From positions 10,916 to 74,915 of the forward strand of contig CAKPPF010000004.1 of NCBI GenBank assembly GCA_934177485.1: a stretch of DNA of 64,000 bases, in the 5' to 3' direction. Shown here piece by piece: positions 59,269-64,000 of the stretch. The stretch comes from an uncultured Clostridia bacterium. Its GTDB lineage: Bacteria; Bacillota; Clostridia; TANB77; CAG-508. The stretch's first letter is position 1. Every line of letters starts with the position of its first letter. The position numbers and the translations under genes are program-made. Under the pieces are notes generated by a model. That model was given only the letters and a program-made list of their open reading frames with translations. It was not told the DNA's origin and did not search any database.

Positions 59269-59925
59269 TTATTGTGTTACAGTGTTTTCACTTGACGAAG
59301 TTTCATTTGTTGTTTTTTCATTTGATGTATCTTGAGAACTTGCACTTTCTTTTAATGTTTTTGGATCTAGTTTTATGTTTTTAACAGTAAACGTTGATGT
59401 TACCATATTTTCATCTCCTGATATTTTAAAATTATCTATTCTAAAATATAGGTCTGATGCATTTTCAATGCTATTTATGAATTGTGAAATATCAGGGTAT
59501 CTACCAATAATAGTAAAATTCAAATCATAAAATCCTTCTTTACTTCCATTTGATTTTACTTTTAATTCAATTATAAGGTTATTTATTTTAGCATATTTGC
59601 CAAAAATTCCCCACAAATAAACTATATCATACTGTTTAACTTCATAAACACCATTTTCATCTGCAAGTTCAAACATTTCATCATATTTTTGTTTTTTTAA
59701 TTCATATCTTTCATATGTCTCTTCCAATTTTTTAATAGAATTTGGATAATCTATAGATGTCAATGTACTTGCCTTTTCAATTTTTTCATTAGTTTCTTGG
59801 TTTTTTTCAATTATTTCTTTTATAGAAGAAATTTGAAAGTTTCCAATTTTTATTCCTCTTGTCATGGTTATTACTAATACTAAAAAGGCTACTGTTGAAA
59901 TTAATAAAATAATTTTATCTCTCAT
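59269..59925 (-). CDS. PilO-like pilus assembly protein
   Basis: N-terminal TM helix, coiled-coil segment and C-terminal globular part. An ATGA overlap with the upstream gene suggests translational coupling. Confidence 0.5.
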   Translation of the reverse strand: MRDKIILLISTVAFLVLVITMTRGIKIGNFQISSIKEIIEKNQETNEKIEKASTLTSIDYPNSIKKLEETYERYELKKQKYDEMFELADENGVYEVKQYDIVYLWGIFGKYAKINNLIIELKVKSNGSKEGFYDLNFTIIGRYPDISQFINSIENASDLYFRIDNFKISGDENMVTSTFTVKNIKLDPKTLKESASSQDTSNEKTTNETSSSENTVTQ

Positions 59926-61544
59926 GGCAATTCTCCTTCTATTGTAACTTTTAAATAGTCTTCTACAATTCTACCTTTTTTATTAGTCGTTCTTATCCAA
60001 GTTCCTGTATCAGATACAACATTTTTTAATATTTCTTCCGTTTTTATTTTTGTTTTAAAATATGCCATTTGTTCTGTATCTAATGTTTTAGCTATTATTA
60101 CAATATGAGCATCAGATGTGTTTTCAATTGAAATTAATTGTACGCCAGCTGGAATAACAGCCATTATATTATTTAATAAGTTTGGTATAGTATTTTTAAA
60201 TCTTTTATTTTCAAGATTATTATTATTTAAATTTTCAATATTACTTATTAAATTTTGGTATAAAGTTATTTGGTCATTAAAATTTCTGTCATATGATTGA
60301 ACTTGAGAAATTTTTTGATTTGTTTGTTCTATAGATTCATCTGTTAAAGTTCCTTTTTTATTTAATTTATTATTAATAATGCATGTTCCCAAAATATATG
60401 AAACAGCAAGTAAGCACACTGTGTAAGTAAATGAATTATATACTGAGCTATGCTTTTGTATAATATCTTCGAATTGTTGCAAAATTTCACTTGGTTTTGA
60501 AAATCTTACATCTTGTTTTAGTAGTTCTTGAAAATTTTTTGTTGCTTCTCCCTTTAGGAAATTAATATTAGTATTTTTATTTAATCCTTCCAAGGCAATT
60601 GATATTGCGGAATTTACTTCAATATAATCTTTTATATTAATTTTAACAGCATTACTGATAAAATTAGGTTTAAGAATTTCACAATGAATATCTTTTAAAT
60701 AGTCCTGAAAATAAATATCAATATTATTAATTACTGCTGCAGTACCAGTTATATAAATATTGTCGATCTTTTCTATGCTATTCTCAACCAACTCTCTTAC
60801 TTTTGATACTATTTCAAAAAGAGTTGGCATTATATCTTCAAGATACTCATTTTCTTCATATTGGAGATCCTTGTCATTTTCAGTATATATAGTTGTATTT
60901 TTGCATATTTCATAGGCTTTAGAATAAGAGTTTTCTTTTTGATTAATATTTTCTATTATTTTTTCTGAACCAATATTCAAAACATTGACATCTGAAACTA
61001 CATTATTTGTAACTGTTGAAATTGTAGTATTTTTTTCTATATTAACTATGATATTGTTTTCTTTTTTTTCAGTTTGAACTAGGTTTGCTATTGATACTCC
61101 TATTGGAAACATAGCAGAAATTTTTAAGTTATTAAAATAATTTTTTCTTTGTAATATTGAAGTTTTAGGTACAGCAATATGAGTAACTTTTATTTTTTCG
61201 CTATTGCTATCATTATTAGATAATACATATCTTTTTTCGTATGTTTTTTCGTTTAAGTCTTTTTGATAACATATATCTTCAAATTCTGTTTTTATTATGT
61301 TTTCAATATCTTTTTTACTAAGTAAACTAAATACTTCAATTTTATTAAACATTTCGTCTGATGTATTTATGCATATTGTATCTTTGTAGCTATATGTTTC
61401 TTCTACGATTTGTTTTATGCATTCTTCAAGATTTTCATAAAACTTAATGCCAAAAGATTCTACTTTAAGGGCATCATTGCTTTTTGACACTTTAGCATAT
61501 TTTATTATGTTATTTTCTAAATATAAACCCAAACAACTAGCCAT
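59922..61544 (-). CDS. PilM-PilN fusion-like pilus assembly protein
   Basis: About 370 aa of cytoplasmic actin-like region, one TM helix (YTVCLLAVSYILGTCII) and about 150 aa extracytoplasmic; first gene of the locus. Confidence 0.6.
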   Translation of the reverse strand: MASCLGLYLENNIIKYAKVSKSNDALKVESFGIKFYENLEECIKQIVEETYSYKDTICINTSDEMFNKIEVFSLLSKKDIENIIKTEFEDICYQKDLNEKTYEKRYVLSNNDSNSEKIKVTHIAVPKTSILQRKNYFNNLKISAMFPIGVSIANLVQTEKKENNIIVNIEKNTTISTVTNNVVSDVNVLNIGSEKIIENINQKENSYSKAYEICKNTTIYTENDKDLQYEENEYLEDIMPTLFEIVSKVRELVENSIEKIDNIYITGTAAVINNIDIYFQDYLKDIHCEILKPNFISNAVKINIKDYIEVNSAISIALEGLNKNTNINFLKGEATKNFQELLKQDVRFSKPSEILQQFEDIIQKHSSVYNSFTYTVCLLAVSYILGTCIINNKLNKKGTLTDESIEQTNQKISQVQSYDRNFNDQITLYQNLISNIENLNNNNLENKRFKNTIPNLLNNIMAVIPAGVQLISIENTSDAHIVIIAKTLDTEQMAYFKTKIKTEEILKNVVSDTGTWIRTTNKKGRIVEDYLKVTIEGELP

Positions 61545-61841
61545 TTAACTAAAATCTCCTTCTAAAATTTTATTTTATATAAGTATTTTTTTCTTTTTTT
61601 TTTAGTTTCATACTTGTATAAATTTTATTTTTTTGCATAATTTTCATTTATATTTTATTATTTTATTTATAAAAGTCAATATTATCTTTTTAATTGTAAT
61701 ATAAAAATAACTTTTTTGTAATATTTTTGTAATATTTCTTTTTTTCTTACGCATTCTTGCTTTTATGTTGAATTTTTTATGTATAAAAATTCATTTTTGT
61801 GAAAAAATATTTTTGAAATTAAAAAATTGGAGGGATAAAAT

Positions 61842-62054
61842 ATGGCGACAAAAAAGCATATAAAAATAACAGGTATTTCAAATATTTCGTGGAAGGATGC
61901 AACATTAAAAGCAATAAATGAAGTTTCAAAAACTATAGATTTAATATCAGATGTCAAAATTTTAGAACAACGTGCTAATATTAATAATAATCAAATAACA
62001 GAATATTTTGTCGATTTAGACTTAAGCTTTTTAATTGATGAAAATAGAAAATAG
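61842..62054 (+). CDS. dodecin-family protein
   Basis: 70 aa. The pattern KITGISNISWKDA...A...SKTI......V.......N..ITEY.VDLDLSF matches the dodecin fold pattern. Confidence 0.6.
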   Translation: MATKKHIKITGISNISWKDATLKAINEVSKTIDLISDVKILEQRANINNNQITEYFVDLDLSFLIDENRK

Positions 62055-62068
62055 GAGGTTTACTAATA

Positions 62069-62512
62069 ATGAATCCTTTAGATACTAACAAATCTTATCA
62101 AGATTATGTTGATAAAAAAACACCAAATTCCCCAATTATCAAAAACTGTTTTAATGCCTTTTGGGTAGGTGGTTTGATATGTGTAATTGGTCAACTTATA
62201 AGTTCTTACTGCAAATATAAAGGCTTAGATATTCAAATTTCTGGTACTATTGTATCAATTATTCTTATAGGAATAAGTGCATTTCTAACAGGTTTAACAA
62301 TTTTCAATAAAATAGGAAAATTTGCTGGCGCTGGTTCTCTAATTCCAATAACAGGATTTGCTAACTCAATTGTTTCCCCTGCTATGGAATATAAGTCTGA
62401 AGGATATGTTATGGGAGTTGGTGCAAAAATGTTTACTGTTGCTGGTCCCGTATTAGTGTACGGAATATCAAGTTCTGTTATTATAGGCATGATTTACTTT
62501 ATTTTTAAATAA
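62069..62512 (+). CDS. spoVAC: stage V sporulation protein AC
   Basis: NCFNAFWVGGLICVIGQLI and four TM helices, typical of SpoVAC. Confidence 0.9.
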   Translation: MNPLDTNKSYQDYVDKKTPNSPIIKNCFNAFWVGGLICVIGQLISSYCKYKGLDIQISGTIVSIILIGISAFLTGLTIFNKIGKFAGAGSLIPITGFANSIVSPAMEYKSEGYVMGVGAKMFTVAGPVLVYGISSSVIIGMIYFIFK

Positions 62513-62524
62513 TTTGGAGGTTTT

Positions 62525-63529
62525 ATGAAAAAAATTGGAACTCAAACAATAATGTTTAATAATCCCCCATCTATTTTAAGTACTTCTAGTATAGTTGGTC
62601 CAAAAGAAAGTCAAGGGCCACTTGCTAAATATTTTGATAAATGTTTAGAAGATGAATTTTGGGGCGAAAAAACATGGGAAAAAGCTGAAAGTAAAATTAT
62701 AAAAGAAGCAGTTAATACTGTAATTAATAAGTCTGGTTTATCAAGTAGCAATATAGATTATTGTTTTGCTGGAGATCTATTAAATCAATGTATTTCATCT
62801 AGTTTTGGACTAAGGGATCTAAACATTCCTTTTTTGGGTATATTTGGTGCATGTTCTACTTTTGTTGAAGGAATGATTCTTTCAAGTATTATGGTTGACG
62901 GGCAAGCCGGAGAAAATTGTTTATGTGCTGCATCAAGTCATTTTTGTAGTGCTGAAAAGCAATTTAGATTTCCATTAGAGCTAGGAAATCAACGTCCGCC
63001 ATCATCTCAGTGGACAGTGACTGGAGCTGGAAGTGCTATTATATCTAAGCACAATTTAGGTCCATTTATTACCTATGCAACAGTTGGCAAAATAGTAGAT
63101 ATGGGAATTAAAGATGCAAATAGTATGGGGGCAGCAATGGCTCCTGCAGCATTAGACACAATATTAACTCATTTCAAAGACACAGGCAGAAACCCTAGTT
63201 ACTATGATGCAATTATAACTGGTGATTTAGGTCATATTGGAAAGTCAATTGTTATAGATTTAGCTGAAAAGCAAGGCTATAATATAAAATCAAATTACAA
63301 TGATTGTGGTGTTTTAATGTTTGATAAAGAAACTCAAGACACTCATTCTGGTGGAAGTGGATGTGCTTGTTGTGGTACTGTTTTTTCAGGATATTTTTAT
63401 AATCAGCTAAAAAACAAAAAAATAAAAAACATTCTATTAGTTGCAACTGGTGCATTAACAAATGCCACTAGTGCACAGCAGGGCGAATCTATTCCAGGAA
63501 TTGCACATGCCGTATCAATAGAAATTTAA
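62525..63529 (+). CDS. spoVAD: stage V sporulation protein AD
   Basis: 334-aa thiolase-like fold with a SpoVAD-like sequence (GDLLNQC, HSGGSGCACC). Confidence 0.9.
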   Translation: MKKIGTQTIMFNNPPSILSTSSIVGPKESQGPLAKYFDKCLEDEFWGEKTWEKAESKIIKEAVNTVINKSGLSSSNIDYCFAGDLLNQCISSSFGLRDLNIPFLGIFGACSTFVEGMILSSIMVDGQAGENCLCAASSHFCSAEKQFRFPLELGNQRPPSSQWTVTGAGSAIISKHNLGPFITYATVGKIVDMGIKDANSMGAAMAPAALDTILTHFKDTGRNPSYYDAIITGDLGHIGKSIVIDLAEKQGYNIKSNYNDCGVLMFDKETQDTHSGGSGCACCGTVFSGYFYNQLKNKKIKNILLVATGALTNATSAQQGESIPGIAHAVSIEI

Positions 63530-63582
63530 GTAAATTAGAATAAGCACCAAAGCGTAAATTCTAATTTAGAAAGGATTTTATA

Positions 63583-63972
63583 ATGCAAGATTTTTTTCAG
63601 AATATAAATTATATGCAACTTTTATATGCTTTTTTAGTCGGTGGCTCTTTATGTTTAATTGGCCAGATATTAATAGATAAAACAAAGCTAACTCCAGCAA
63701 GAATTTTAGTTATATATGTAACTGTCGGAGCAATTTTAGGTGGAATCGGCGTATATCAATACTTAGTTGATTTTGCAGGTGCTGGTGCTACTGTTCCTTT
63801 AACAGGTTTTGGATATAACCTAGCAAAAGGAGCAAAAGAAGCTGTTGATCAATATGGTTTTGTAGGAAGTTTTATAGGTGGTACAAAGGCTGCTGCTGGC
63901 GGAATAGCTGCAGCAATATTCTTTGGTTATATAGCATCTTTAATTTCAAAACCAAAAATGAAAAAGCAATAA
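63583..63972 (+). CDS. spoVAE: stage V sporulation protein AE (AEb type)
   Basis: AFLVGGSLCLIGQILID paralogous to SpoVAC; conserved position after spoVAD. Confidence 0.85.
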   Translation: MQDFFQNINYMQLLYAFLVGGSLCLIGQILIDKTKLTPARILVIYVTVGAILGGIGVYQYLVDFAGAGATVPLTGFGYNLAKGAKEAVDQYGFVGSFIGGTKAAAGGIAAAIFFGYIASLISKPKMKKQ

Positions 63973-64000
63973 CACATCTTTTGGTTAAATTGTTACTAAA

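Overview
This is a 64-kb chromosomal window from a very AT-rich, endospore-forming Firmicute that looks Clostridia-like. No GC value was computed and no database search was run. All calls rest on reading the ORF translations and the DNA by eye, and hairpin and repeat coordinates were hand-derived.

Most genes are core housekeeping genes on the minus strand:
- pgi
- the rimP-nusA-ylxR-infB-rbfA-nrnA operon
- dprA, folD, murI, plsC, purA, dtd
- pheST with a T-box leader
- the rpmG-secE-nusG-rplKAJL cluster
- folC
- scpA, recX, recA
- spoVS, ymdB, rny
- gltX, rnj

The right end carries a dodecin-spoVAC-spoVAD-spoVAE operon.

Non-routine content:
1. An 11-gene Gram-positive type IV pilus locus (52.6-61.5 kb). 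Its pilin-like proteins lack the canonical Glu5. The candidate major pilin is only 73 aa, and a longer paralog sits 55 kb away.
2. A mosaic family of hairpin-built intergenic repeats at seven or more loci, including a tandem pair at 30.5 kb and a GGCAGG...CCTGCC hairpin module.
3. Two plus-strand orphan genes, a PIN-like 240-aa protein and a 109-aa protein. Each has its own promoter and a GC-rich terminator, and each is wedged into a conserved minus-strand core neighbourhood.
4. An orphan 3' fragment of guaA, read as a likely integration scar. Next to it lie a nucleotidyltransferase / MBL-hydrolase / membrane-protein islet and a 0.6-kb ORF-less stretch with coding-like composition.
5. Smaller items: a structured spacer between rplK and rplA, a stand-alone tRNA-Glu(CUC), an Asn-rich insert in IF-2, and a LexA-like box at recA.

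No CRISPR array, rRNA, transposase or integrase was seen.
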